A stretch of DNA of 64,000 nucleotides from Chrysomallon squamiferum (lineage: Eukaryota; Animalia; Mollusca), in NCBI GenBank assembly GCA_012295275.1, contig CM022673.1, positions 15,872,001 to 15,936,000 on the forward strand. The letters run 5' to 3'. Shown one piece after another: positions 39,827-53,235 of this stretch. Made by a program: the position numbers and the translations under genes. Within the stretch, counting starts at the first letter, position 1; the number at the start of each line of letters is the position of its first letter. Below the pieces are notes generated by a model. The model did no database searches and was not told the DNA's origin. It saw only the letters and a list, made by a program, of their open reading frames with translations.

Positions 39827-42800
39827 ATGAAAACCGAAATGGATGTAGATGTAGATAACGATTTAGACGGAAAACTGCTTCAGCAGTTTAGCTCAATGGG
39901 CACACAAGACCGTGATGTTTTGATATCTGAGTTTCAGAAATTACTTAACAATGATTTGAACCCTTCATGCTGTTCTTTTTTCCTTGATATGAATAACTGG
40001 TACGTGTGCAGAAGATGAAATGTCACAGAATTGTTACACGTTTAAATAAATTAGTTAATATTAGTGGCACTGAATTTGTTCTGCGAGGTGGTTGCCATGA
40101 AAATGAAACAAAAGACGTTCGACCTTCGAATTTGAAAACTTAATTGTCTGTATGCGAAGGTGGAATGTGGTTTGACGTTGTAAATATATGTTACTTGCCA
40201 TATTAGAAATTGTACATTAAGACGTTTTTATGTAAAAAAAAAAAAGTTGAGAATTGTGTCCACTTCCATTTTATAAACTGCATACATCATTACATGTCCT
40301 ATTTATATACACTTAAACAGTTCATATTCAACGCCCCATCACCATATATAAAATAATTAAATGAAAATTTTATATATAGAACCAATGAAGCTGTTTAAAA
40401 AAAATAACAGCAGATTCATTATTCAGCAGTATGTGAAAGTGAATATTGTCATAAAATGTATAAAATATACAAATACATCAAAACAGACTGACACTTTAAA
40501 ATATTTTTTCATTAAATATGTTTAATGTATTGACAAATATTCCATGAATTTTAGGTAAAATTTTCGAGACATTTACGTAGTTTTGGTATCTTTTTGTTTG
40601 GAGGTGTCTGGTTTGGGTTAATAGTATTGTATACATCAAAGTAAACTAACTGATAATGATTTTTGCAAACACAAATAAATAACTGGCAAGAGAGTTACAT
40701 TTAAAGTACATTTGTGAAAGAAAAAAGAAAGGAAAATGGCTCCAACAACATATCAGCAAAAAAAAACAACCATTGGGAAGTGTGTCAAATGGATTTAAAA
40801 TTGTTTTATTAGCAAGTATACAACAGTATATTAACTGATTAGTGATACTTTTTTCAGGAACCTACAGGCAGCAATTTGCTCCTACTACGACTTTGAACAG
40901 CCCAGTACCAGTGTACCTCGCATGATGTTTGTCAGTGATGTTACCATTGGAGAAGGAGAATCAATTCCACCAAACACCACATTTGTTAAAACATGGAGGA
41001 TAAAGAATGGAGGTGTGTTTATTTATGTATACTTCTAATATTTTTGTTTATCTGGGTCTTGCATCAATGCACTGTTCTGTGTGTGTTTCTAATATAAAAA
41101 AAACAAACAAACAATTATTTAGAAATATATCAGTAAGTAGTAGGTTTTTAAATGTACAAATTTGAAAAATCAATTTTGATCTTTTATACACAAGCTGAAA
41201 CAAAAAGAAACGAAAATTAATTTTAATCAGTTTATCAGACAGTACATTTCAAAATGCATGATTGATTCTAAGCTTGAAAAAAATAACTGATCCAACTGAT
41301 AAACCGTGAAAGAATTCTCTCTGACATTTAAAAAAAAGAAAACTCACCTAGCAAATCTAGGCTTTTACAGAAGACTGGGACTTACTTATGATTTAACACT
41401 ATTTTTTTATTTCTCATATATATTCCACCATATTTATTTAGTATGAGGAAAGAACAGGTTATATCTACAGTATTTTTGTTTTCGTTCTCAGTTTTTTGTA
41501 AATTTTAATAGTGTGAATTCAGGATCTCAACTCTAATATTTAGAGGCAATAAAAATATTTCTGTGTGTCAGTTCCTTTATTGAAATGACCTATTAGCCCA
41601 AAATACAGCAGAGAAAAAAAGAAATTATTAATGAAAATATGTTTAAATCTGTTAATTTAAAATTATTTGATTAAATTTCATTATAGGATTAGAAACTTGG
41701 CCTCCAGGTTGTTGTCTCAGGTTCTGTAATGGTGACAACATGAGCCGGGTGGACAGAGTCATGGTTGATGCACTAGAGCCAGGCCAGATGACCGATGTCA
41801 GCATAGAAATGATAAGTCCAGCCAGTAAGGGGGTGTATCAAGGACAGTGGAGAATGAGTACACCCACTGGAGTTAGTTTTGGTGGTACAGTCCTTTTTTT
41901 TTTTGCTTTTTGACTTCATATAAGTGTTAATGTAATTATTTAAGTATTCTACATTTTATTGCAGTTTTTGTGATTTCTTTCATTTACTATGAAACAGATG
42001 AATGGTAAAAGCAATTTTAGTTTTGGATGCGTTGTAGAAATTTTGAGATTGAATTTTTTTTTTTTAAATAATAACACTGAAGATCTAAAAGAGGAACTTT
42101 GATTAGATTGTCACTAAAAAATATTACACTTGCATTATTTACAGCTAAATATTTAATTATTATTTTAAAAAAATTAATAATGTATGTTCTGTATGGATTA
42201 TAATTCTGAAAATAATATTGTAAATCATTGAGAGAAGAATCATTTTGTGTTTGTTAATTATTTTTAGTTATTAGCTTAGGAACTTATTATTAATAAAATG
42301 TTAGTAATATCTGTTTATAATTGTTACTTTTTTCAGATGTTATATGGGTTATTATAACCGTTGATGAAGCAGGGCTTCTTGGGGTTACACAACAACTTTC
42401 CAGAATTGGAAACGAATTTGTAAATAGAACACCACCCCAGACTGTTTTTAATCCATTTGCTTCCCCAGAAAAAGTAGCAGAGCCCATTCAGAGTTCCACT
42501 TCTCCGAACAGGTCACTTACAGCTCATCCAAGCAGTCCTGTCAACAACCTGAGTACAGCTTCAGAAGGTGCTACCTCATCAAAGTGGTTGTTTCAGGTTA
42601 GTCAGCATTTACCTCTTATAGTCAGTCATTAATGTGCAGGTTTGAGAAAATATATAGCCATTCTGATCATATGTAGTAACAAATTCTCCCTAGTGCATAT
42701 GTCAGTTTAATACTAAATATTGTTATTGTTTGATGTACAGTTTTCTGTTATCTGCATTAATAAATAAACTGTAAAATTCTGCATGCAGATACTTGCAGCC

Positions 42801-43654
42801 CAGGTTCTCAGACATTAAAATATATGCAGTACATGTACAGACACCCAGACTTACATATAAAAAACACTGATATATTCATCTCATTAAATATTACCTAAAT
42901 TAAAATTTTCAGTTCAGAGATCAAAGGATATTTCTCACAGATATAATGTAAAATACTCCTATTTCAAAAGTTGTGTATATTTGTGCCAGTGTTCTTAATT
43001 TGTTCTTCTACTTGTCACCTTTATTTTATCATAAGATTAAGATTTACATTATTTTAAACACTGCTTTTTGTATAAGTTAAGAATGAGAAAAGAAATCTCA
43101 AAGAAAACACAAATTAAATGTCCGAGTTTAAAATTATTTGAAATTGTTACTGAAATAAGTTTGATAAATACAGATCAGTCTAATTTATTATTGAGGATAC
43201 AGGCACCACCATGAAAAATGAAAACCAAATGCAAATTATTTTAACTGAAAGACACCCTTTCTGTTATCTGCAGGAAGGGAAGTAATTCTTTATAGATTTC
43301 TTATTTAGGATTATTTCCCTTGGATAAAGAGATGATTTTATGAATCTTTTTTTAAATTTGTTTTGATAATTGTGATGAAACATATTGTTGATCTATATGT
43401 GGAAAATATCTTGTCTCAAATTGAATGTACACATCTTAATTATTAATTTTTATTACCTAAAAGGGCTAATTTTATTTCATGTATCTTTTTAATTTGACAT
43501 GAATACTGGATTGCTATACTGTTTGTAATGTTTTCATTTAACAATATGTATACTTAAATTTATAATTGAAGAGATTCTACCTTTTTATTTTTTCCAGAGT
43601 TCTTTACAAACGTCATCTCAATTAGATAATTCACAAGACACGGAGATGTCCTAG
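39827..43654 (+). CDS. ILRUN: ILRUN (C6orf106): UBA-like plus NBR1-like FW domain protein, ~280 aa, 5 exons
   Basis: Exons 39827-39999, 40858-41012, 41687-41884, 42337-42596, 43598-43654 (843 nt). Motifs FSSMGTQDRDVLISEFQKLL, FFLDMNNWNLQAAICSYYDFE, DVTIGEGESIPPNTTFVKTWRIKN, YQGQWRM, FGDVIWVI, GLLGVTQQLS. The start may be 39839. Confidence 0.94.
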
Positions 43655-44019
43655 CAAAGAGCCAGTTTATGTTTTTTGTTTTAAGTTGCTAATTCTATGA
43701 ATGAATGGAATGAGGGAGCTCATGAGGCTGTACAGAAACAATGTGTCAGTTGACAATAATTATTTCATCAATACATTTTTATTATACTTTTTATATACCA
43801 GATAATGCGTAGCTTTACAATTGCGTAATTAGAACATGTTATTTTTTTCTTCTTAGTAATTTGTCCTAGACAGTGTGTACTATACTTATTATTTCTATTA
43901 ATTTTTTACATTCTTTTATATTCTTCTGTATCCTAGATGTATATAACAAATATTTTTATCGTTAGATAATGTAGTTTAATCATCCTTAATTATTTTATTT
44001 TATTTTATTTTATTTTATT

Positions 44020-44074
<55 letters not shown>

Positions 44075-45758
44075 TTGTTGTTGTTGTTGTTGTTTTGTTA
44101 CATCATAGATAATAAACTGTGGCAAACATACTTTGTTAAAATGATTCCATTAGAATCTGTATTTCACTGAAATTTTTGTTAGTTGTAAATGGGTTAGTTA
44201 ATGTAATATTTTATTGCTCATTTTAAAATAGAAAATATAGGGAAATTTATTTTCTACATCAATCTAGTTTTCATTTTAAATAGATAATAAGAATACTAAT
44301 TTTTTCAATTTTTTTTTATAATTATTTAAAATACTTTATTTTAATCTATTTTATTTTGTGTGATGTCAAGATTAAAACAGTGCAGTTACAACTAGAAATT
44401 GTTAGAAATATTTATTACTAGTATTATTTTATTTTGTATTATACAAGTAAGATAATTAAGAAAAAGTCTGATAACAAAATTCTATGTGGATTTTAATAGT
44501 TTTGAACTTCATATCTATGTGCATAAGATTAGAAACTAGTTTTAAAATACATATTTGGGCAAGATAGAAATTACACTTAAATTAGATTTTTTTTAGTTTA
44601 TTTTAATTGTTTTCTTTCTTTCTTTCTATCTTTCCTTTTTGCAATTTTTAATTACAAACGTAATGTCTGGCCAGATCATATATATATAAACAATAGTTTT
44701 ACAGTTGCTTTTGTTTTCTTCAGTAATGTTTTAGTAATAATTGTGAGAATAAAAACACAAAAATGATATTTGTTGAAATAATTATAAAAGCTGACAGTCT
44801 GTTGCCTGACATTTCAAATGGGACCTGTGTTTGTAGTTGGTTATGTTCTGAGACGTGTTTGTAATGATTACGTCTTGAAAGGATTGTATTATTATTTTAT
44901 TTTTATATATGTATTAAATATTTCACATTGTTGGCTTCACTGGTTATTTCTGCCATTTATATTTATAAAATCTTTGAATTGTTTTGGGTTTGGGGGACTC
45001 CTTATTCAGATACATTATTATTTAATTATTTTTTTATATGTATATTCAAAAAATGTGTTTCAATTTTATTTTATTTTCCTTCTCGATGACATTTATTAAT
45101 GTTATTTATTGTTATTTTAATAAAAAAATTAACAATTTAAAATATTTTTTTTATAAAAATATTTAATATTTATCTATAAGAATTGTTTTTTTCGGTGTCG
45201 GCATTAGTTTAATTAAAATTTCATTAATTGTGACGTTTTCCACAATTATGACATTGGTTTAGGTCAAGTTAAAATTATCTAGAGTTAAATGTTTCTTAGC
45301 TGTCTGTATTTTATGAAATTATTCTCTTGCTAGTTTTACAAATTCTGTATCACATTTTTATATTGTTATATTTAAAAATCTAAATTCACTGGTTTTTTTG
45401 TGTTTTAATTATTATTCCAAAATTTTGTGAAAATTTAAAGAATGATGATTTGCCTGAATTTCTTTTAATTTTTTGTTTTTTATTTTTAGAATAATAATAA
45501 TAAAAAGCATGAAAAAAAAAAAGAAAAAGAATAAAATAAATAATCTTTAAAAAAAAATTCTATTAAAATAACGAATACATTTTCTTTAAACTAAGTTGAA
45601 GCCCTAATGCTTGAATCAAGATTTTATATTTGTTTATTTATTTGTATTTTTCATCTGTTATCATATAAAAAGAAGAAAACTATTTCATTTAACTTTGTTA
45701 GTAATATTTCAAACCAGCCTACTGTCAGAAGTTATTTATATTTCATGGTATTTTATTT

Positions 45759-45789
<31 letters not shown>

Positions 45790-48504
45790 AAATATATACA
45801 CTTTAATGTCATTATATTTATTCAACATTTATTAAATGACAATGCCTTCACCCAAAGAAAAATCATAAAAACAATAAAAATTGTTAATTTTTATTTTAAT
45901 ACATATAATTACGGGGATCTTTGTCATTTCTTTTTTTACCTTAATTTTTTGAGGTAACTTTATTATTACGTACAGCATGTTACAGCTTAATTTTGGAAAG
46001 AGGGGAAAAGAAAAAATAATTTTAGTTTGTTTATACATTTATCTCAGTAGATCAAAATGTTAAGTAATCAAACTTGATTAAGAACATAATACAGAGAAGC
46101 ATGAAAGAATTCAAAATGGCTTTGTTTGATTGGTCCTTTGGTTGCTGTGGAAATGGGTGAATTAACCAGCTTACTTTTTTTCTTTTTTTTTGTCATGGAT
46201 GGAAATTGTTGGGGGTGTTTCATGAAGCATTTATGTGATACACTTTACAATTATTCAGCAAGGTGAAAAAATGTATAACATGTAACTAATAAATTGTATT
46301 TGTGTATAGTTTTTCTGTATTTTTGCAGATGTTAAGAATATTGTATACTTGTAGCATTGCTTTAACCATATATATATATATACAAAATTATGGTTATGTA
46401 AATATTTTTTCTTACTTAATTGTTTGATTTGTGAAAACATATAATTCTTTCTTTTTCTTTATCTTATTTTTCTTTTGCTTTTCTTTTTTCTTTGATTTGT
46501 TGTTGTTGCAGGCAAGAAAGGTATTGTTTTTCTTGTTCTTATTAATGTGCTGTACTAAACATTTACGACAGCTTCAGGTTTTTCCTTATTCATTTTTTTT
46601 TTCTTCTAATTTTACTTAAACCACACGTTTTGTAACTAAGTTCTGAACTTAGATGCCACAAATATCTTCATAATTTGTTTTTTTTCACTAGTTTCTCACT
46701 TTCTGCAATATTTCTTGCCAACAACATATATCTGTCTATACACACACACACACACGCACGCACACACGCACATATTACTATTACTGTTACTGTTAAGATT
46801 ATTATTATTCATTTTTTTAAATGCTCCACCACTACCACCACAATCTGAAAAAGAAAAGGAAAAAGACCATGTTATTTTGTTTTGTTTCATTTTGTGTACA
46901 AATTTTATGTAGCTATTTATTCACTAAAATGTCCGATGAATATAACACTGGTGTTTGTTGTTCCTTTTATGTTAAAATATTATTTGAAAAGGATATATTA
47001 CTCAAAAGAGGCCAATGACTTGCTGCAGTGTTCTAACTACAAAATCTTTCCTTAATGTACTGTAACCATTAGAAACAAAGACATATATTCTGTTTATATT
47101 CATTAATGGAGCTGTATGTTGTTAATAACAGCATAATTAAACAGTATCATTATGTTGTAATCACATATTAACTAAAGAATATTTAACATATTTCAGTATT
47201 AAAACCTAGTTACACTGTGTTACTCTATCTTAAAGAAGAAATGTACTGCCAACACATGAAAAGCCACATTAAATAGCAGAATGGGATATTTTGAGTGTAC
47301 TGTATAGACTGGCAGTTGTTAAGTACTGGCTTGCCAACTGCAAGAAAGGTTAAATAGTTGTTAAAGTCAGTAGAAAAGAATTGAATCTGCTGCTTATCAC
47401 ACCTAAGGCAAATGGACTCTTACTGTATTAACAGACATCCAAAACTTGATCACTCATCACTTAACTTCTGATTGCTACATTTTTGTGTACACTCACCAAC
47501 ACATGTACACATGTATCAAAATGTGTACGAGCGTTCAGTGCTAACTGTGGGCACATAACAAATGAAAGAAATGAACCCTCATGAACAAAAAATTGCAACT
47601 AACCTAACATTTAAGGTTATAGTTCAATTCAATGTGAATTGCAGGGTATTACATGGTTTGTTCAGGATAATGTAACTTTGTCCTTAAAAATACAAACTCA
47701 TTAGCATCAAAGGAAACAGTGTATAAAACAAAATAAAATGACAATTTAAAACTATTTATTATTAATTATAAGATACACAAGTCTTCAGAGAAATGCGAAT
47801 AATTAATGTTTCATAGATGTATTAAATAAATTAGCGGAAATATATTTTTTATTATTATTATTTTATTTATTTTATTGTTGTTGTTGTTATAATTATTACT
47901 AATTTTTGTTGTTTTACCCATGTTATTTTATCCATTAATAAGCCATAGTCTACAAAAATTCTGATAACGTGTTTGGGTTATGAGGCATCATTGTAAAATC
48001 ACCAAACTCACCCATTTTCTGTGCTCTTATCTGCTATTGCTGCATACAGTTCAGTACAGTATAGTATAATAATTAATTTGCTAGTAAATAAAAGTATACA
48101 CTATTAGTATTGTGTATACAAAAACCAATACTACTTTATACTTTTTTTATTATTATTTATTATTATTTTTTTAATGCCAAATACAGACTTCATAAACATG
48201 AACAGAATTACTAACAGACATAATACGATTAGCTGAATTTTACTGTAATTTTTAAAACCATTTATTTCATTTTCTTTTATTTACTTATATATTATTATAT
48301 AATTATATATATCGTTCATTCACTATTAATATATATCCCTGAAATACATGGACTTCTGGCGATGACCAAAACCATTTTTAAGAAACTGGAACTGTTAAGA
48401 AGTTTGCAGACACAGGTTTACACTGTTCATAGAAAGATTATTAATTTTAAATTATAACAATGAATTTTTGTATCTTGAATTTTTTTATTATTATTATTTT
48501 TATT

Positions 48505-48541
<37 letters not shown>

Positions 48542-48577
48542 TTACGTAAACCTTGCACTTAGCCTTACCTGATTGCA

Positions 48578-49350
48578 CCAACAGGAACGATAACTCGTAA
48601 CGGCAGACATTGCGTCTGCTCCAGATTTCTAAAATGTAATGGTAAATGGGTACATACTACGCTTGACGCTTATAAAAGATTAATTTCAGTTTTAGCTTAT
48701 TATGCACGCATTTGCATAAAAATAACCCAGTTTGAAAAGTTTGATTAAGTTGAAAAAGTAGTTAGGAAAGATGTTGTACATCATGGTTTGGTAAAAATCG
48801 GGTAAAACTATTGAATTTGGAAATTTAAAACCCCGATATGACGGTTTCCGATGGGACACGGAAATTTCCGATCGAAATTCAAGATGGCGGCGTCCGAGGC
48901 CGGTCAGTGTTTCCAAACTTTAGATCATACATTTCTTCATGATGCAATCAATTCTACAAGGATTATTAACGTACATTTTTAAAATATGTCATTTAATCAA
49001 TGCCTCGTTATATATAGACGTCCATTATTGAGTAGAAATTGTTGCAAAGGTCGAAAAAAAGTTTTGAGGGGTAACTTTGACGTTATACCACCTCGTATTC
49101 CTTTCGCACTACATATTTTCAATTATTATTACGTCACCAGCAAAGAAAATGTATACAAAAACAAAAACAAATTAATTTTTACAGACACTGACGCGTGAAT
49201 ATGAAGATGACTATTCTCATTACACGTTACTCTGCCAAAAGTCCATAGCGGACAGTTCTGAGAACGTTGTTGTAAAACAATATTTGAAACCATTATAATT
49301 TTTTATTATTATTATTTTATATTATTTATAATATTTCCATTTTCAATGCA
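48578..49350. mobile_element. Non-coding repeat element, copy 1 of a diverged tandem pair
   Basis: Shares ordered blocks with 49365-50323: CCAACAGGAACGATAACTCGTAACGGCA, GTTTGAAAAGTTTGATTAAGTTGAAAAAGTAGTTAG, CCGATCGAAAT.CAAGATGGC, GAAGATGACTATTCTCATTA, CACGTTACTCTGC, TTGAAACCATTATAATT. Confidence 0.65.
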
Positions 49351-49364
49351 TTAGGTAGAATGGA

Positions 49365-50006
49365 CCAACAGGAACGATAACTCGTAACGGCACAAATTAC
49401 GTCACGGGAAAAAACCCCACGAAATGTCGCCGATTTAATGCGTACAAACAACCCTTAAATGTTCTTTTCTGCTGGGTTCTGACAGAGGGAACATTGACAA
49501 CTACAAAAGTTAATACATTAATCTTATTCCGAATTATAATTTCAGATTATTATGCACACATTTACACAAAAATAATCCTGTTTGAAAAGTTTGATTAAGT
49601 TGAAAAAGTAGTTAGAAAAGGCGTGTGACATCACGATTTGGTAATATGAACAACCATCCTTACCTTTATCAGTGTAAATCATAAAAAGTTCTGAAAAATG
49701 GACGCAAAATAATTTAATTTGGAAGTTTAAAAATTCCGTGAGCTCACGGAAACTTCCGATCGAAATCCAAGATGGCAGCGTCGAACGCCGATTAGTGTTT
49801 ACAAACTTAAATACGTGTGCCTTCACAATCAATCAAATCTACGTGGATTATTAAAAGTAATTTGGGGAAATATGTCATTTAATCAGTGCCTCGAATACAT
49901 CGATACCTATTATTGAATACAAATTGCTGCAAAGGTCGAAACATTTTTTTTTTTTTTTTTTTTTGTGGTTTTTTAATTTTTTGTAACTTTGACGTCATAC
50001 CATCTC

Positions 50007-50067
<61 letters not shown>

Positions 50068-50323
50068 CACATATTATTACGACGTCGTCAGCCAAAAAAT
50101 AAAAAAATAATAATAAAAAAGTAATAGAATAAAATAAAATAAATAATGTTCACAGTCACTGGCGCGTGAATACGAAGATGACTATTCTCATTAGGTACCA
50201 TAAAGTGGACACGTTACTCTGCTAAAACTCCATAGCAGACAGTTCTGAGTCCGTAGTTGTAAAACGATACTTGAAACCATTATAATTCTTTATATATATA
50301 TATATTACTTCCATTTTCAATGC
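49365..50323. mobile_element. Non-coding repeat element, copy 2 (with poly-T and (TA)n expansions)
   Basis: Same ordered blocks as 48578-49350, direct orientation, starting ~15 bp after copy 1 ends. Confidence 0.65.
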
Positions 50324-51004
50324 TTTATAGGTCGTATTTACATGTAAAACGCAAACTGATCACATGTTATTTGAAAGATTGCCTTGATATATTCATTATA
50401 ACGCTTTAATCAGTTTTACAACAGAAAATATTTTAAAAATTAAAAATTAAAGGTCCGTCAACCGGCCTTATACAAAAATTCATTAAAAATAAAATTTTCA
50501 CTCTTTTTCGTTAAAACAAAAAGCACTCAACTTCTAAAACATGTACTATTATGTATGCAAACAATGTTTAATTTTTTATTTAAAAAAAAAATTGGTCCAT
50601 GCTACATTAGTCAAATTAAGTACGAGTTACTTGAATGATTCCCCTAATACATTCATTATAATGCATGATAGCAGTTTTTGGAGAGTAAAATGGTGTGTTT
50701 GTTTTTTTTTTTGTTTTTTTTTAAAATTAATTTTTCACTCTGTTTCTACTATTATGTATGCAAACAAGGAGTTTCCTATTTGAATCTTTAAAAAAAAAAA
50801 AAAAAAAAAAATCATTGGTCCATACTACTTTACCTGCGTATGCTGCTGATTCTTCTAAATGAGGTCAGGTGTGACGTCGTTTTTTAAAGTTTTATCACGT
50901 ATCAAACCTGAACCGAACGAAAGTTGACGAATGAGAAATATAGTCACATAGTTTCATTTTTATGATTTTTTTCATTCTTCTTCCTTCTTTTCCTATTTTT
51001 CTTA

Positions 51005-51044
<40 letters not shown>

Positions 51045-51663
51045 TTATTATTATTATTATTATTTTTAAATATTGTTTTCTTTTAAAAAGTAAAGAAAGA
51101 AAAAATCGAAAGACGAAAAACAATTTAAATATAAAAATATATATATATATATACATAATAATTATTATTCTCATTCGATATGTAAATCTTGTTACTGAAT
51201 ATGGAAAGGGGAGACTATATAATCATCCTCAGTGTGGCATTTGGTTATCTTCCTTTCCAGTTCTTCACAACTTGTATGTCAAAGGCTAGGACTATAATGT
51301 TTATCAGAATCTAGAATAAAGTTTATAAAATAAAGTATTTCTGCAGTAAATTTGTAAGATATATGACGTGTTCGTATTAGAACTGTTTTGGTTTATTTTT
51401 TATTTTATTCATAACTTTTTTTTTTCTTTTTTTTTTACGTATGTTTTTAAATTTTATTTATTTTATAATAATAATAATTATTATTATTATTACTACTACT
51501 ACTACTTCTACTACTACTATTACTACTACTACTACTTTTACTACTACTTCTACTACTACTATTACTACTACATTTTTCATTTTTATTTATTAATTACTTT
51601 TGTATTATTGTTATTTATTATTATTATTATTACTGTTACTACTACTACTACTACTACCACCAC

Positions 51664-51914
51664 CAGTGGCGTGCAGAGTGTGGGCGCCGAAAAGGCGGTG
51701 GGTCCGGGTATTAAAAAGGGGGGGGCTATCCAATCAGAAAAAAAGAACTTAATAAATTTGGTTGATTTACAGTTAAATCGAATAAAGTGTTTATTTAATG
51801 TTTCATCTGTGTTTATTACATCTTCAAAATATCTTCCTTTCTCGTAATATTTCTCAGAACTAGGCCTTATACTTGAGTCTTTGGGGCATACAAATACACC
51901 TCTGCACACCACTG
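51664..51914. mobile_element. 251-bp MITE with hAT-like termini, inserted in an (ACT)n tract
   Basis: TIRs CAGTGGCGTGCAGAG ... CTCTGCACACCACTG (14/15 match). TSD not resolvable inside the microsatellite. Confidence 0.75.
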
Positions 51915-52026
51915 ACTACTACTACTATTAATATTTGTTTCATTCAAATAACATTCAAGCTAGACTGATTAACGACTGAATTCTGTTAAGGATTAACGAT
52001 ATAAAATTTTAAAATATTAAAAGTGT

Positions 52027-52109
<83 letters not shown>

Positions 52110-52538
52110 AGCTATTTTATGGATAAATAAAATAATTCTAAAGAAAAACAGCACATAAAATCATTTTTCTTAAATATTTTATTTCAAGTAGAATATATAG
52201 TTATGTGTGTATATGTATATAGGGAATAAATATAGAGAGTAATATATAAATATATATGGACAGAAACCTCGTAACAATAGTTTTAAAAAACGAGGTTGTT
52301 TTGATGACGATATGTCAGCAGTTTCAAATCAGCAGTATAACGAAATACTGAGGACTGATAAATTTCAGCATTGTCTATCAGCAGTACAGTACGTCACAAA
52401 ATATTAGACAACGACGTCGTTTTCAGTCAGCAGTATTGTCAAAATCAGCAGTATAAGACTCTTTATAATGATCTCGCCCAAATAATCATTTCATTCTTTT
52501 TTTCATTTTCTTTTTTTAATTTGTTTCGCTTGCTGTTA

Positions 52539-52987
52539 TTATTCTTCAGCGGAACGTTTACCGAAGTGAAGCCAGCCGTTGCTGTAGTCGTCTGGTTGCC
52601 TACCAAACCTCATGAATCGCTTTTCGGCGACGTCGGAGTAGTCGTCTTCATTGCGTTTCTTGTCCAGACGAGGTTCACCAAACCAGACGCTGAGCTTCTT
52701 GTCGTTTGCTATTCCTCCACTACGTTTGCTCACGGTAGTCCCTTCGTCAATTTCCGCTGCGCGTTTCTGTCGCAGATGGAGACCAACGGCAGAAGGCCAG
52801 GAACGCTTGCCGAAACGCAGGTAACCCTTGTCGTCGTAGTAGTCGTCGTCAGGGTCGCTGCGTTTTCCAATTCTGTATCCGAAATTGGGGTAGTTGCCGC
52901 CGCTGCGACCGAACCGAAGGAAATTTTCGCCAAGTGTTGATCCACGTCCCCAGCGAAGATAGCTTCTTTTGCGAACATCGTATGATT
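52539..52987 (-). CDS. FMRFamide gene alternative terminal exon encoding extended FMRFamide-related peptides
   Basis: Acceptor TTTCAG at 52988, phase 1, open to a stop. Predicted amidated peptides SYLRWa, GSTLGENFLRFa, SGGNYPNFGYRIa, SDPDDDYYDDKGYLRFa, FMRFa and pQPDDYSNGWLHFa, each followed by G-R or G-KR. No signal peptide of its own. Confidence 0.88.
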
Positions 52988-53174
52988 CTGAAATTAAATA
53001 AATTTTAATTGTGTGCAAATTTGTTGGTTGTTTTTTCTATAATGTCTTTTTTAATTTAATCTTTTTATTTTTTATTTTTTTTAGGTTATTTGTTTTCATC
53101 ATTATCATTACTACTACTACTACTATAACAACAACTACTACTACTGCTACTATAACTACTACTACTACTACTAC

Positions 53175-53235
<61 letters not shown>

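Noticed and set aside
50541-50830. ~75-bp direct duplication (TACTATTATGTATGCAAACAA...TTGGTCCAT)
   Set aside because: Real, but an ordinary local duplication with no sign of function.
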